In this document: piece after piece, positions 26,017-38,690 of the stretch
Position numbering within the stretch: the first letter of the stretch is position 1
How the letters are laid out: each line of letters begins with the position of its first letter
Source of the DNA: Ginglymostoma cirratum
Taxonomy: Eukaryota
NCBI GenBank assembly: GCA_024137785.1
Contig: JAHRHZ010000025.1
Location: 23,420,219-23,484,218, forward strand
Length of the DNA stretch: 64,000 nt
Reading direction: 5' to 3'
Made by a program: the position numbers and the translations under genes
Notes under the pieces: generated by a model
Seen by the model: only the letters and a program-made list of their open reading frames with translations
What the model was told of the DNA's origin: nothing
The model's database searches: none

Positions 26017-26558
26017 CAGTGGTTTCCAACCTTTTCAGTGTCAAGGCTTACTTCAAATGAGACAAACAAACCCATGGCAGAGCAACTTTTTTCCAGCTAA
26101 ATTGATGGTTCATAACCATCACTTCTATTTGCATTTATTATAGCTACAGCCTTATTAGAGATGCATGCAAAAACTTATCCATTTCTTCTTAGAGTCTGTT
26201 TTAAGACTTAGAACAGTAACTAAAAGAAATTACAAAAATATTAAAATATTTAAAATCCGTGCTGACATAGAAATGTGTCCAACCAGGTTCAATGGTCATT
26301 CAATAATGGTGTACCTCTTTACAGCGCACACCCAATTCCTTCTCATCCTGGAGATATGATCCTCAATTATTACGATACTCACACTGAATGTTGGGCCTGC
26401 GCATGTACAAGCAGACTGCATAATGAGCGGATTTCCCAGCTTCTGCGCAAGTGTGACGCCCAATCACCACACGTGTGCAGTATCAGAAGTCTTGGCGATT
26501 CCAAGAATTTCACAGCACACTTCTCACCTTGCCATGGCACACTGGTTGAAAACTTCCA
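26017..26558. mobile_element. hAT (Charlie-like) non-autonomous element
   Basis: Left terminal inverted repeat cagtggtttccaacc after tcttagaa; decayed right end ggcacactggttgaaaac. Confidence 0.55.
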
Positions 26559-26814
26559 TACCTCCCACTTTCCAACGCCATGGCTTCAAGTGCACCACAA
26601 AGCCCACATAGCGCTCATGCACCGTCCAACAACCTCCACTAATCACAGTGTGTATTATCCCTTCATTTCAGTTTTAGGCATTTAGCATCCCTGCAAACTG
26701 CACTTCTACACCTCACAAAGTGCACACAATGTCAGCTTTTCAACCAGGACAGACATCATCCAACTGGCTCACTGAAACAAATCCCTCTCTTTTGCAGGGT
26801 AACCTGCCATATAA

Positions 26815-27420
26815 CTGGAAATACATACATTAAATAATTTTTCAAGGCTAACAGATTCCTGGCCTTTCTATCTGAAGGCCTTGAACACAAGTGGATAGAA
26901 GTCAAGCTTCAGCTATACATAACCCTGTTTTCTCTACACTTTGAATATTGTGAGCAGTACCACACACTGCACCTTAGAAAAGATATATTAGCCTCCAAGG
27001 GAATGCAGCATGGATTTACCTGAAATTCAAGATCAAATTACAAGGGGGGATTAAATAAACTGTTTGTATTCCCTGGATTTTAAAGGTTAAATGGTGATTT
27101 GATTAACGTTTTCAAGAAGAAGGAGCAGATAGGTTAATTGAGAAAAACAATTTTTACTGTTTGAAGGAAGAAGGGGCATTGACTAAAGATTAAAGCCAGG
27201 CCTTTCAGTGTGAAATTAGGAACCAAAGAAGTTTAAAACTATCATAAATGGACATTGATAATTAATTGTTAATTTTAAATCTGAGCTCAATAGATTGTTA
27301 ACAAAGGGTATTAGCAATGAGAACAAAGACCTAGGGTGTTAGGCTGAAGATCAGCCATGACTAAATGGATAGCAGAACACACCTGACAGGCTGAATGGTC
27401 CTTTCCTGTTGTTAGGATCC
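26815..27420 (+). mobile_element. Decayed CR1 3' fragment
   Basis: cactttgaatattgtgagcag (HLEYC-like) and tail tcagccatga..ggctgaatggtc. Confidence 0.7.
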
Positions 27421-27519
27421 TGAGAATCCCATAACATTAAAAAAACTCCAATAACCTATTCCCAACAAAGTTAATATTTAAGATGTTGACTGTGACAAAG
27501 ATGTAGGATCAACATAGAT

Positions 27520-27707
27520 CAGTGCTTTCCAAACTTTTTTCCCAATGCCATCCCATTTTAATGACTCAAATATATTATAAGTGCAGAGTGAAAATTGGAT
27601 GGGGTAGAATGAGAGAGCCTTTGAGATTTGGTGATGATGGTGTGGAGGTGGGGTGGACTAAGTTGTGGAACAAAAGGAGCTGGTTACCTACAGTTTGAGA
27701 ACCCTTG
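27520..27707. mobile_element. hAT (Charlie-like) MITE, 188 bp
   Basis: Terminal inverted repeats cagtgctttccaaact / agtttgagaacccttg; 8 bp flanks acatagat and ccttagac resemble the NTCTAGAN target. Confidence 0.65.
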
Positions 27708-28157
27708 CCTTAGACTAATTGTTACGAAGCAGGTAACTAATACGCTAGACTATAGAAAAGCTCTCTCCTCTCAACACAACTGAAAAAAAAATCCATTTAT
27801 ATGTTACACAACACTCTCAGAGTAAATGCTGTCCAGTTTTTAAACTCCTAAATTCCTGACTTTTCAACAGGCTCTCTCTTTTCCATAGTACACTGCACCA
27901 AGGCTTCCAGTGTCATTTTAAAATGCCCTTAACTATATCCTCCTCAGCTTATTTGATTTCCAGCAATGCCTGGCAAATTCTTGGTGCGGTCTCTTCAGAC
28001 AAGGAATCCATTCCCAGTAATATCTTGCTCCCACAGCAATAGCTTCTTCTTCACTCAGCTGCACTCTTGTCCCTTCAGGCTCTTTGGATGGGATTTTACT
28101 CTGGCACAGCTAGCTGGTTTGAAGGGGTTGGAGGATGGAGTTCTTGTAAAATCCAGC

Positions 28158-28231
28158 AGGTAGGTAGGTAGCCAGCTGTCCGTCCGTCCATCCGTCCATC
28201 CGTCCGTCCGTCCGTCTGTCTGTCTGTCTGT
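28158..28231. repeat. Compound tetranucleotide microsatellite (GGTA)n-(CCGT/CCAT)n-(CTGT)n
   Basis: Directly visible. Confidence 0.95.
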
Positions 28232-29549
28232 AACATTACCCAGGGCATGGGGGCAGGTATTTAGCAGCCTTTCCACCCTGGGATTAACTGATCTGCAGCC
28301 AATTAATAGTCACCTGAGGGGCTGAATAGCCTCCTCATGTTCCTAATGTTCCTGTGATGAATTCATGAGGACCTCCTAGCCAGTTGCTACAGTGCTCCTC
28401 TAGGATTATCCAGACAGCAAAAGCATTGGCCACAATTTAATGTGTAATGAGGGTTTCACTCACCAGTTACAGAACAACTGGAAGCCTTCTGATGTTTCTC
28501 TCTGGGTAGCCTGGGATAACAACCAGTTAATCAGGAACTTTCCTGGACAGCATTAGGCTTTCCACATGATTAAGCTCCTAATATGTTGTAAAACCCACCC
28601 CAAGAGCTGCTGGCCAACCAGAGGTGCCAGCAGGGGTATATGGTCATTGATAGTACCAGACAGGCTGCAAAAGTAATCACGAAGTGAATGAGGTGAGTGC
28701 AGGCAGGGAGTGGGTTGCCAGTGGAAGAACAGGGTTACAGAAGAATTAGAAGCAAGGGGAGGGGGTAGCTTTGAGTTGTCTTCCCCCTCCTTCACAATAC
28801 CGATCACTAATAGGGCACTAAATATCTGGGAATGAGAAATCCCTCCCACTGTCCCCCTGGATCATTGGCAAAACTGAAAGGTGGGTCCCTAGCCTACCAC
28901 TTGTTGAATACCAATGACAGCTCTCAATTAGTCTCCAGGCAAGAAGGCTGTCATGTATCCTACCTGCCCAGAGCTTCACTTGGAGGCGGGGGTGTGGTGA
29001 GAAGGCAGAGGGATCCTCACCACACACCTGCTCGTCCAAGCAAACAGTTCCTCACTTCCAAACTTACCTCAGGACACTGAGGAGACATTACATTCTTGTC
29101 AATAGTTGGGCCTTACACTTCTCCTGTGAAGTTGTGACTTGTATTTCATGCATCGTGCCCACTTGTGAGAGAGGTGCACACCCAGAGTCATCAGCTCTGT
29201 CATCCACAGATAGACCACATTACACAGTCACCACCCTTTGCTTTGCAATGATGGGTCAATTGTAGCTGACACAGTGGACACCCACAGAATGAAGGCATCA
29301 AAGCAGCTGTGCATTGTCAGAAAACAGGTGGACAGTTCTGGATTAAAACAGGGTTGGCATGAATACCTGGATGTTTGAGCTGTCAATGGCCAGTGTACAA
29401 TGGAGAAAGCTGCAATCCTAATGAAGAAGGAATGAGCATGCAGGCTTGTCACTGTACAACTGCATGAAATCTGGTTAACCTAGATTGGATAGAAGGCATC
29501 AGTGAACTTCCTTATGCAACAGATGTGAGATAACAGTTTTAACAGAGGA

Positions 29550-29640
29550 GCAGATGCAGAAGCTGGAATCTGTACTGAAAACAAAAAATGCTGGAAATCA
29601 CAGCGCATCAGACGATTCTAGATGACTTTTCATCAGAGCT
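29550..29640 (-). mobile_element. Old PLE terminal fragment
   Basis: Minus strand ctctgatgaaaagtca.. and tail ccagcttctgca. Confidence 0.55.
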
Positions 29641-30559
29641 CCAGCCAAACATATTAAAGGTCATCACCACGCTCACTGACTCTGATGTTCCAGTTGCAGT
29701 TATAGCAGATGGCAGATATTTCTTCTGGTGCTTAGAAATCTAACATGTTTTGACATTTTGCTGTGTGAAACATACAGCCACTTTCTGTACTTTGTTATGC
29801 TGGTGGATGTCCTCAAAGAAAATGATGGATGATTAACTCCTACATAATCCAATTTGCTGAGAGATGTTGCTGGGAGTTAGTTCACTGGCTGGTTCAGGAA
29901 GAAGTATATCGTTGTTCATTTGAAAACAGGTACAATATAGTAGTCAAGGTAAAAGCAGCTCTAGCATTAGCTACCCAATCAAACACTAGCAGCTCAGCCT
30001 ACAAAATTTCAGTTGCCAGAACAATGATAAACACTTATTTAACTCTAGTCTGGGCTGTTAGGTAAGTGGTCACACTTTTTATCCAAGGGTTGTTTTAAAT
30101 GAGGATGGCTGGGAAGGGCTTGCCAACAATTGACATTATCCATACCACCCCTCTGACTAACCAAGCTATTTCCATAAATCACTTATACAGTATATATTTG
30201 CATTGTCAGTCATCTGGTTTTGAAATAAACAAACTGGCTTATTTTTGAGTGGTTTTCAGTTATTCTGAACTGGACATTATTATCTTTAAATATATTTATG
30301 TTATTTTTTGTTTGGGGATACAAAAGAGCTCTGCTTGTATTTGAAAAGCTGCTAAATTAAAATCGATGCATTACTGCAACAGAATATGGAAATGTCAATA
30401 TATTCAAAGTCCTTGCATGGCAGAAAACAGGTTACCATTCTGACAACTACGAGAGAAATTCAATACTCAGTGCACTTAGTGTTTTGAATACAAATATCTA
30501 CGAGAGTTGTAAGTTGCAAAGTGAACCTGGCTGACCCAGATCAGTTTAAATTTGATTGA

Positions 30560-30920
30560 AGGTGACTGTTTGCTGTTTTAAATGCTTTCTGCTGATAAGG
30601 TCCCGCCCAGGTACGGTGGCCCTGGGCTAGGGAGTGGGACAAACTCACGGATAATCAACTTTTGTCTTTCAGATCACTTAGCTCAGTTTGTCACCCTTTC
30701 AACCATGCATGAAAATAAAAACTTTAATCTGATTAAAACAGAGCGAAAACACATCAAAGTTTACTAACAAAGGACAGGGACTGGCAGAAATCCTGCCGCT
30801 CTAGCCCTCTGCTACTCTGTTTAGACATGTTAAACATAAGGGAATAAAGTAAGGTGCCTGATATGAATGAGCCCAGCGAATGGCAATTAAACACTGTTTA
30901 AAACCCCTCAAGGTAAGGCA
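30560..30920. promoter_or_regulatory. Candidate enhancer (unique, motif-dense)
   Basis: TAATCTGATTA (30725), ACATCAAAG (30751), GTTTAC (30759) and AACAAAG (30766) within 50 bp. Confidence 0.35.
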
Positions 30921-31057
30921 GCAAGCTTTACTTCACTGTCTTAAGGAGACAGTCCAACCTATGGAAATGTTGCAGTTTGTAGACTGCAGGTGATGTTCAC
31001 TGCATGTTTTGCACCAAAAAACAATTTGAACAGGAATCCACACACAATATAACAATG

Positions 31058-31155
31058 AGAGATAACAAGTTGTGGGGCTGGATGAACACAGCAGGCCAAG
31101 CAGCATCATAGGAGCAGGAAAGCTTCGCGTTTCGGGCCTAGACCCTTCATCAGAA
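31058..31155 (-). mobile_element. 98 bp PLE-derived mini-insertion with 14 bp TSD, starting at the hammerhead core
   Basis: TSD acaatataacaatg at 31044 and 31156; minus strand starts ttctgatgaagggtctaggcccgaaacgcg. Confidence 0.92.
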
Positions 31156-31667
31156 ACAATATAACAATGTTGGATCAAGATTCTATGATAGTTTCTAGGA
31201 TTAATTTTATATGTCTGTCTTAAGCGCAGCCAAGCACTTGGCATGTTTCAGTGTCTAATGGAAAAAGGTTGGCTGTATCCAGGAATCTTTCTGATGCCAC
31301 CCTCAACATTAATCACAAGCCAAGTTTGCACCTGTAGAGAGAAACATGCTGTCAGCGCTGACACTGCTATTTGCTCTCGGTTTCGCAATTCTATTAGGAG
31401 ACATCGTCTAAATATTCATCAGTGAAATTAGGAAATTTGACATAAGGAATGGTGCAACCTGGGAACTCTCCTCCTCCAGCAGCAGTACACCCGAGATCAA
31501 TTTCCAATTTTAAAACTTAGATTGGTAAACTGTTGGTAGGTAAACATTATTTGGGGCAAAGACCAGATCACCCATGATTTCATTGAGTGGCAGGTCAGGC
31601 TCAAAGGACAAATGGCTTCCCCCTGTCACTATATTCGTAAAATAGGATATATAATTTTACCCAGAGG

Positions 31668-32940
31668 TAGCAAGAATTGCAGATGCTGGAATCAGAGACA
31701 ACACAGTGTGGAACTGAAGGAACACAGCAGGCCAGGCAGCATCAGAGGAGCAGGAAAGTCAATATTTGGGGTCAGGACCCTTCATCAGAAACGGGGAGGG
31801 GGAAGGGAGCTGGGAAATAAATGGAGAGAGGAAGGGTAGGGCTGGGGAAGGTAGGTGGGATGGTGATAGGTTGGATGCAGGTAGACGGTGGTGGGGATTG
31901 GTCAGTGGGAATGGTGGGATGGATAGGTGGGAGAGAATGTGGGCAGGTCGTGTCAGGTCAAGGGAACCAGGATGAGAGGGAGGGTTGGATATGGAATGGG
32001 GCTGGGGGTGGGGAGATTTTAAAACTGGTGAATCTTATGTTCAGGCCATTGGGCTGTAGGGTCCTGAGGCAGAATATGAGGTGCTGCTCCTCCATGTGTT
32101 GCATGTGGTGTCATTGTGACACTGGAGGCAGTCCAGGATTGTCATGTCATCAAGGGAGTGGGAGTTAAAATGGTTAGTGACCAGAAAGTGTTGTCGTTTG
32201 TCGGGTACAGAGTACAGATGCTCCACAAAACGGTTCCCGCATCTGCGTTTGGTCTCACTGATGTAGAGGGGGCCACATTGGAAGCAACGGATACAGTAGA
32301 CCAAGTTAGAAGATGTACAGGAGAACCCCTGTTGAATATAGGAGGTTAACTTTGGGCCTTGAATGGGGGTGATGGGGGGGAGGTGTAGGGGCAGATGTAG
32401 CCCTTCCTGTGGTTGCAGGGAAAGGTGCCACGTGTGGGTGGGATTAGTGGAGACTGTGGAGCAGACAAGGGAGTCGCGGAGAGAGCGGTCCCTGTGGGTG
32501 GGAGGGAAATATCTCTTTGGCCGTAGGGTCAGATCGTAGGTGGCAGAAGTGGTGGAGAATGATACACTGGATGCGGAGGTTGGTGGCGTAATATGCGAGG
32601 ACCGGGGGACTCTGACTTTATTTTTGCTGGGGAGAGGGGTTTTGAGGGAAGAAGTGCAGGAAATGCAAGAGATGCAGTTGAGGGCATTTTTGATCACAAG
32701 AGGAGGGGACGTTGTGGTCCTTGAAATAGGAGGATAGCTGGGATGTCTCGGAGTGGAACACCCCATCTTGGGAGCAGACACAGCAGATGTGGAGGATTGA
32801 ATTCTTGCAGGAGGGTGAGTGAGATGAGGTGTAGTCCAGGTAGCTATGGGAGTTGGTGGGCTTGAATTAGATGTCAGTGTTGAGGCAGTTACCAGAGATG
32901 GAGACAGCGAGGTCCAGGAAGGAGAATGAGGTATCACACA
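31668..32940 (-). mobile_element. Penelope-like element 3' half (reverse transcriptase C-terminus, GIY-YIG endonuclease, 3' terminal repeat)
   Basis: SFLDLAVSISG..TDI*FKPTNSHSYLDYTSSHP; FSCTSSNLVYCIRCFQCGPLYISETKRR..RFVEH..VTNHFNSH. Confidence 0.93.
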
Positions 32941-33187
32941 GCAAGAGAGTGGCAAGGTGCAAATCAGTAAAACAGAAGACGAGATAAATCAAGGAGTAAA
33001 GACTTGAGTTTGTGAATTTTGCGTTATTGAAGATTGTAGGGAAGAAGTGTCACAAAGCAACTTTGAAAAGTTCATGACAAGTAAAGTTTATTAGCAAAAT
33101 AACAGCAGATTCCTTTTATTCAGAGAGAAAATTATGTCTTCAGCATCCCACGCACTCAGTTTCACCTCAAGATCGACCAAGAGTGTA

Positions 33188-33305
33188 AAGGTGCCAGTGT
33201 TGGACTGGGATGGACAAAGTCAAAAATCACACGACACAAGGTTATAGTCCAACAGGTTTATGTGAAATCACAAGCTTTCACAGCACTGCCCCTTCATCAG
33301 GTGAA
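33188..33305 (-). mobile_element. Terminal repeat of a second PLE-type family with hammerhead core
   Basis: Minus strand tcac-CTGATGA-a-ggggc agt gctgt-GAAA-gctt-gtga. Confidence 0.7.
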
Positions 33306-33554
33306 GGCAGGTGAATGTAAAAAAAAACAGAAAAATTATAGCATTAGGTCAATCAACAGTGATAAGTCCAAGTTTTCATGGAATTTTCTTTTTGAATGAG
33401 TAAAGAATTGTGATCGCTGCCAGCTCATCAGGGTATTGAGCTATCTGCAATTTTTTTATACCTTTACTTACCAAAATGATAAACATTTTAATGGTCACCA
33501 GGGCACTTACCAGATGGAGATTCCTATTCATTGCAAATAGTCAAACCAATTAAC

Positions 33555-33685
33555 AATCCTGAAGAAGGGTAATACTCAAAATGCTGACTTCTCCTCTCCT
33601 CTATATGCTGCCTGGCCTGCTGTATTCTTCCAGTCTCCGGTTTGTCTACCTTGGATTCTAGCATCTGCAGTTTTTTTGTCTCTGA
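33555..33685 (+). mobile_element. PLE terminal fragment, further family
   Basis: aatc-CTGAAGA-a-gggt aat actc-aaaa-tgct-gact..tgctgcctggcctgctgt..agcatctgcag. Confidence 0.75.
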
Positions 33686-34364
33686 TTGTATCTTCCTCAG
33701 CTGAAAGAGGTCAAGCTTTGAATATTCACCTGTAACATTTATTTCACGTTGACATAAGTGGGAATTTAAAGTACACTGGGATTTTTCATCTGATTTTTAA
33801 AAATAATTACCTTCGTTTTGAAAAAATGAAATAATTTTCAGTCATTGTTTAGACAAATTTAGTATGACAACAGCAGCTGCTTCAAGTCACTGGATCCAAT
33901 GCCCAAGGTTCCTTGTGGAGTATTTAGTTTTTATTGCTGTTTCTCTAGATAGGCTGAGAAGTAGTTATTTTTTAATGTGACCAGTGTTAAGCTGTAATTA
34001 CTCTATTAATTAGAAATGAGCCGAAATTAAAAGCTGGGGCTAGTTTCTGAAACAGATTGAGATTTTCTTTTACTCATAACTATTAATTTCAGTGATTAAA
34101 CATTACTGATTTGACTTTGACTTTATATGGAAACTGTCTTTAATTTCTTGGCCTTAACTTTCATAACAAAACCAATCACTGCCAAAGTCAGTGTAATTTG
34201 TATCATGCTGTAACTATATCAAGCGTTCATTGTCTGTTTACTGCTGGTGTTTCAATGTTAATGTTAGGGATGTTCTTCCCTTTACTGTCCTCCTTTACGA
34301 TGGAAAGTGCTCGTTGATGCTGGGTATAGGGCACCAGTTGTCCTGCATCATTGCTCCTCTGGGA

Positions 34365-34916
34365 GGGGCAATGGCATAGTCGTATTGGCACTACATTCAG
34401 GTAATGCCCTGGTGATCTTGAGTTTGAATCCCACTACAACAGATGGAGGAATTTGAATTCAATAACATCTGCAAACCTTGAGAAAGGGTTCTCGTGGCAC
34501 AATGGTAGTGTCCCTGCCTCTGAGCCAGAGCTCTGGGTTTAAGTCTCACCTGCTCCAAGCGTGTGTAATGACATCTCTGAGCAGGCCATCCAGAAAATCT
34601 CTGTAAACCTTGAGACACTGAACAGGATGATTAGAAAATACCTAAAGCTTGAGAGAGGGGGTCATGTGGGAAAGTGATAGTGTCCCTACCCCTCAGGCAG
34701 AAGACACAGGTCCAGCTCCCACCTGTTCCAGAGGTGTATCATAATACATTTGAACAGGTTGATTAAAAAATATTTTTGCAAACCTTGAGAGGGGGATCTT
34801 ATGGGGCTGTAGTATCTAAGCCAGGCAGCCTGCGTTCAAGTCCTACCTGCTCCAGTGGTATGTAACAATACCTCTGGATAGATTGACTAGTGTTTTTTTT
34901 TTGGTAAACTTCAGGA
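34365..34916 (+). repeat. Tandem cluster: one SINE head plus three diverged ~130 bp tRNA-like units
   Basis: Units at about 34486, 34655 and 34790, separated by the recurring spacer tg(c/t)aaaccttgaga. Confidence 0.75.
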
Positions 34917-35809
34917 TGGAGCATTGTTGGATTATTCAACTGAGAGTGTGGATGGTGGCATTACAACCAAGGCATTCCAGTCTGTATCCAATGTCGCATA
35001 GATATAATTTCCAACAGCAGTCAACAATTACTGACCATAAGCCAGAACGCTGCCTGATGATGTCTTTTCCAAGCCCAGAGGCTCTTTACATCCAGATCAT
35101 AGGTTAGCCAGCTGAACACAGAGCTGGAATTAATACAGTTCAATATCCTGGCAGACATCTGGATCATGAATGCAGTCCCTTAGTTGGCTGTATAATTCTG
35201 GTGGAAAGACAAATTTCAACCTCGCTTTAACACAATATGGAAAGTCCCTTATGATTATTAAAATAAATGTAGATCACGCAGGAGGAATGTAACAGCGCAA
35301 TTTAGTAAAAGAAGTGGAATATTGTATTGTTTAAATAAAATATACATGACATAAATGCATTAGTGATTGAATCCAACACTTTGATGTTGATATGAAGATT
35401 GTGCTTTTAAAGTTGTCTGAAAGCTATTGCAAAACAAAGTATTCCACCTTCCAGGTTATGAAGTGATCAACCATTTGACACTTTGCCAATTTCTTGAACA
35501 TTCAGTGACGTCCCACTGCACCCCACACTCACCACAAAAACAAACAATTTCTTTAACAGAACACAAACACCATCTGATGGTTACAAAGCTGCTGGAGCCC
35601 TGTTTCAAGTCTGATTGTCTGAACAGTTAATTCTCCAACTAATTCCAACAGTTCCAAATTCTAAAATTTCCATCAAAGAAACTACAGTACATTCCCCTCA
35701 AGCGATCGAAGTGCCCTACCTCAAAGGAATAGAGGGAAATAGAAAAAGCATGTGAAATAATCATGTTTTGTGATTTTAAAAGTCAGCGAATACAAACTTG
35801 AGCAAAGAC

Positions 35810-36985
35810 CGCCCTCAGAGTTTTTGGACACCTTACCTATAGGAGCATGTAATTACCTCACAGTAGATGCAACAAAGGTTCGCTGGTTGTTTCTTGAGGT
35901 GACAGCATCGTCTATAAGGAGAGTTGAGTAGAAAAGACTTATTTTCTCTGGAGTTCAAAAGAATGTGTGGTGATCTTGTTAAAATGCATGGAATTCTTTG
36001 ATGGCTTGATAAGGTAGCTGTTGAGAAGCTATTTACCCAGTTGAATAATTTGGTACTAGGAGTTAATTATTTCACAAAATCACAGAATTGTTAAGGTGCT
36101 GAAGGAGGCCATTTGGCCCATTAGATCTGTATCTGTTCTCTGATGAGCTTCAGGGCTTAGTGCAATTCTGCTGTGTTTCCCTGTAACCCTGCACATTATG
36201 TCTATTCAATCAGCCATTTAATGCCCTCTTAAATGCCTCAGTTCAGCCTGCCTCCAGCAAATTTTCAGACAGCACTTTCTAGATCCTAACGACTTACTGT
36301 GTGATTTTTTTTCTCACATTCTCCAATCTTCTCATCCATGGAATCATTCTCGTAAGAATTCTCCCAGAACTGTACACAACACTCCAGCTGAGGCTTAACT
36401 AATGTCTTATATAAGTTCAGCATAACTTCCTTGTTTTTGAACTCAATGCCCCTATTAATGAAGCCAAGGACACTGTGAAGATTACTTTGCTAACTGCTTT
36501 TCCTCCACATGTCCTTCAATTAATGACTTAACTCATGCACACCCAGGAGGCTCTGCTCCTGCACAGCAGTGCTACCTTTTACAATACCACTCTTTATTTT
36601 ATACTACCTCCATGTTCTTTCTGCCAAAGTGTATTACCTCACACTTATCCACATTGAACTTTGTCTGCCACCTATCTGCCAACTTTACCAACTTGTCTAT
36701 ACCTTTGTGAAATTCTACGTTGTCCTCATCAATTTACAGCTAAAGAGAAATTTCTCAAACTGTTATAAATCCTTAGAATTTTCTACCCCGGAAGGTATTC
36801 AGTCATTGAGTAAATTCAAGACTGTCATTTGTGGACAATTGAAAAGCAGATGGTATGGAAATTGAGCCAGAAGGTGATGGTGAGATACAAAATAATTTAA
36901 TTGAAGTTGTATTGACTGATGAAACAGTGCCAGAGAAACCTACGTCCTACTCCTATTCCTAGTTCTTCAGTTCCTATGTTCTTAA
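35810..36985 (+). mobile_element. Decayed CR1 with an antisense CR1 nested at about 36075-36735
   Basis: CR1 3' motifs on + at both ends; reverse-complement tail cacagaattg..aggaggccatttggccc at 36080. Confidence 0.7.
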
Positions 36986-37249
36986 CTAATGGAAATATTG
37001 AAGTTAGGGCATTGCTGACATTGCCACAATTGGCCAGAAATCAACTGTAGGAACGTGTGCCATTTTGATTGGATTTGTGTAAGCATACACAATTGTATTA
37101 CCCCTACTGTTTTTAACAATTCCGACTTTCTTCACTCTTAAGTCAAAAGTATTAATCTCTATTTCAATGAAGGGATCATTCTCAATTTAATCAGTTGTAA
37201 CTGGTTTATGTACAAAGAAATGGGTAGATATGGTAGTAATAATAGTGTT

Positions 37250-37870
37250 TCTTTAATTCATTCATGGGAATGGACATGGTTGGCTGGTCCAGCATTGATT
37301 GCACATCCTGGTTTCCCTTGAGAAGGAGGAAATGAGCTGCCCTGTTTGAACTGCTGCAATCCAAGTGCTGTAGATAGACCCACAATGTCGTGAGGGAGGG
37401 AGTTCCAGGATTTTGACCCAACAACAGCAAGGAACAGCTATATTGTTCCAAGGCAGAATGGTGAGTAGTTTTCAAGGAGAACTTACAGGTTGTGGTGATC
37501 CCATCTATCTGTTGCCCTTGTTGTTCTAGATGGAAGTGGTCATGGGTTTGGAAGGTGCTATCTAAGGAGCCTTGGTGAATTTCTACAGTGTACCTGACTG
37601 TCAGTGGTGGAGGGAATGGATGTGGTGCCAATCAAGCAGGCTGCTTTGTCCTAGATAATGTCAAGCTTCTTGAGTGTTGTTGGAGCTGCACCCTATCCAG
37701 GCAAATGGAGAGTATTCATCACACTCTTGACTTATGCTTTGTAGATGGTGGACAGGTTTTGGGGAATAACTCACTGCAGGATTCCTAGGGTCCTCTCTGC
37801 TCTTGTAACTACTGCATTTATATGGCTAGTCTAGTTCCATTTCTGGATGGGGGGATTCAGTGATAAGAGG
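37250..37870 (-). mobile_element. CR1-group (L2/Crack-like) LINE 3' end
   Basis: Reverse complement of the 54600-55197 family end. Confidence 0.8.
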
Positions 37871-38064
37871 AGAAAAGGAGAAGAACTAGTAGCAATGCTT
37901 CAAGATCCCTCTCATGGATTTTTATTATTAATCTTCACATTTACAGATGGGATGAATTTCTTCTCTGTCTGCTGGAATTGCTTTGCTGGGCACAATCTTA
38001 ACCTCACCTTCACTCTGAATGTCAACTTACTGAATCAGGAAATCAAATTGAGTCATATGTCGTG

Positions 38065-38690
38065 CAATATCGAAGAGGCTCTTCGGCGCATCAAGTCTGC
38101 ACTGACATAATCAAAACTGTCTCCTATGCACACTAATCCCACTTTCCAGCACTCAACCCATAACCTTGAATGTTATGACATTTCTAATGTTCACCCACTT
38201 ACTTTTTAAAAGTGGTGAGGTTTCCTGCTTCTACTACCCTCCCAGGTAGTGCATTTCAGCTTCCCACTACCCTCTGCTGAAAAAGTATTTTCTCAAATCC
38301 CTCTAAACCTTCAACCATTCAAAATATTAAAATGATGGCATCTTGTTATTGACCCTTCGAGACTGAAGAACAGCTGCTTCCTATCAACCTTATCCATGCC
38401 CCTCATAATCTTATACTTCTCAATCAGGTCCTCCTTCAGTCTTCTCTGCTCTAAAGTAAATAACACAAGCTGATCCAGCCTCTCTTCATAGATAGAGTGC
38501 TCCATCCCAGGCAATATCCTGGAGAATCTCCTCTGCACCCTATCTAGTTCAATCACATCCTTCTTACAGTACGGTAACCAGAACTACATGCAGCACACAT
38601 TTGTGGTCCAACCAAAGTTTTGTACAGTTTTCAACATAACTTTCCTGCTTTTATGATCCATGCCATGACTGATCAAGGCAAATGCTGTCA
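38065..38690 (-). mobile_element. CR1 3' fragment
   Basis: LDRVQRRFSRILPGMEH..YEERLDQLVLFTLEQRRLKEDLIE. Confidence 0.88.

Noticed and set aside
32041-32955. Longest ORF (304 aa) as a host gene
   Set aside because: It is a frameshift mosaic of a decayed Penelope-like RT/GIY-YIG; only parts are in the true frame
34470-34916. Constant spacer with variable units as a CRISPR-like array
   Set aside because: The variable units are homologous to one another and tRNA-like, not unique spacers
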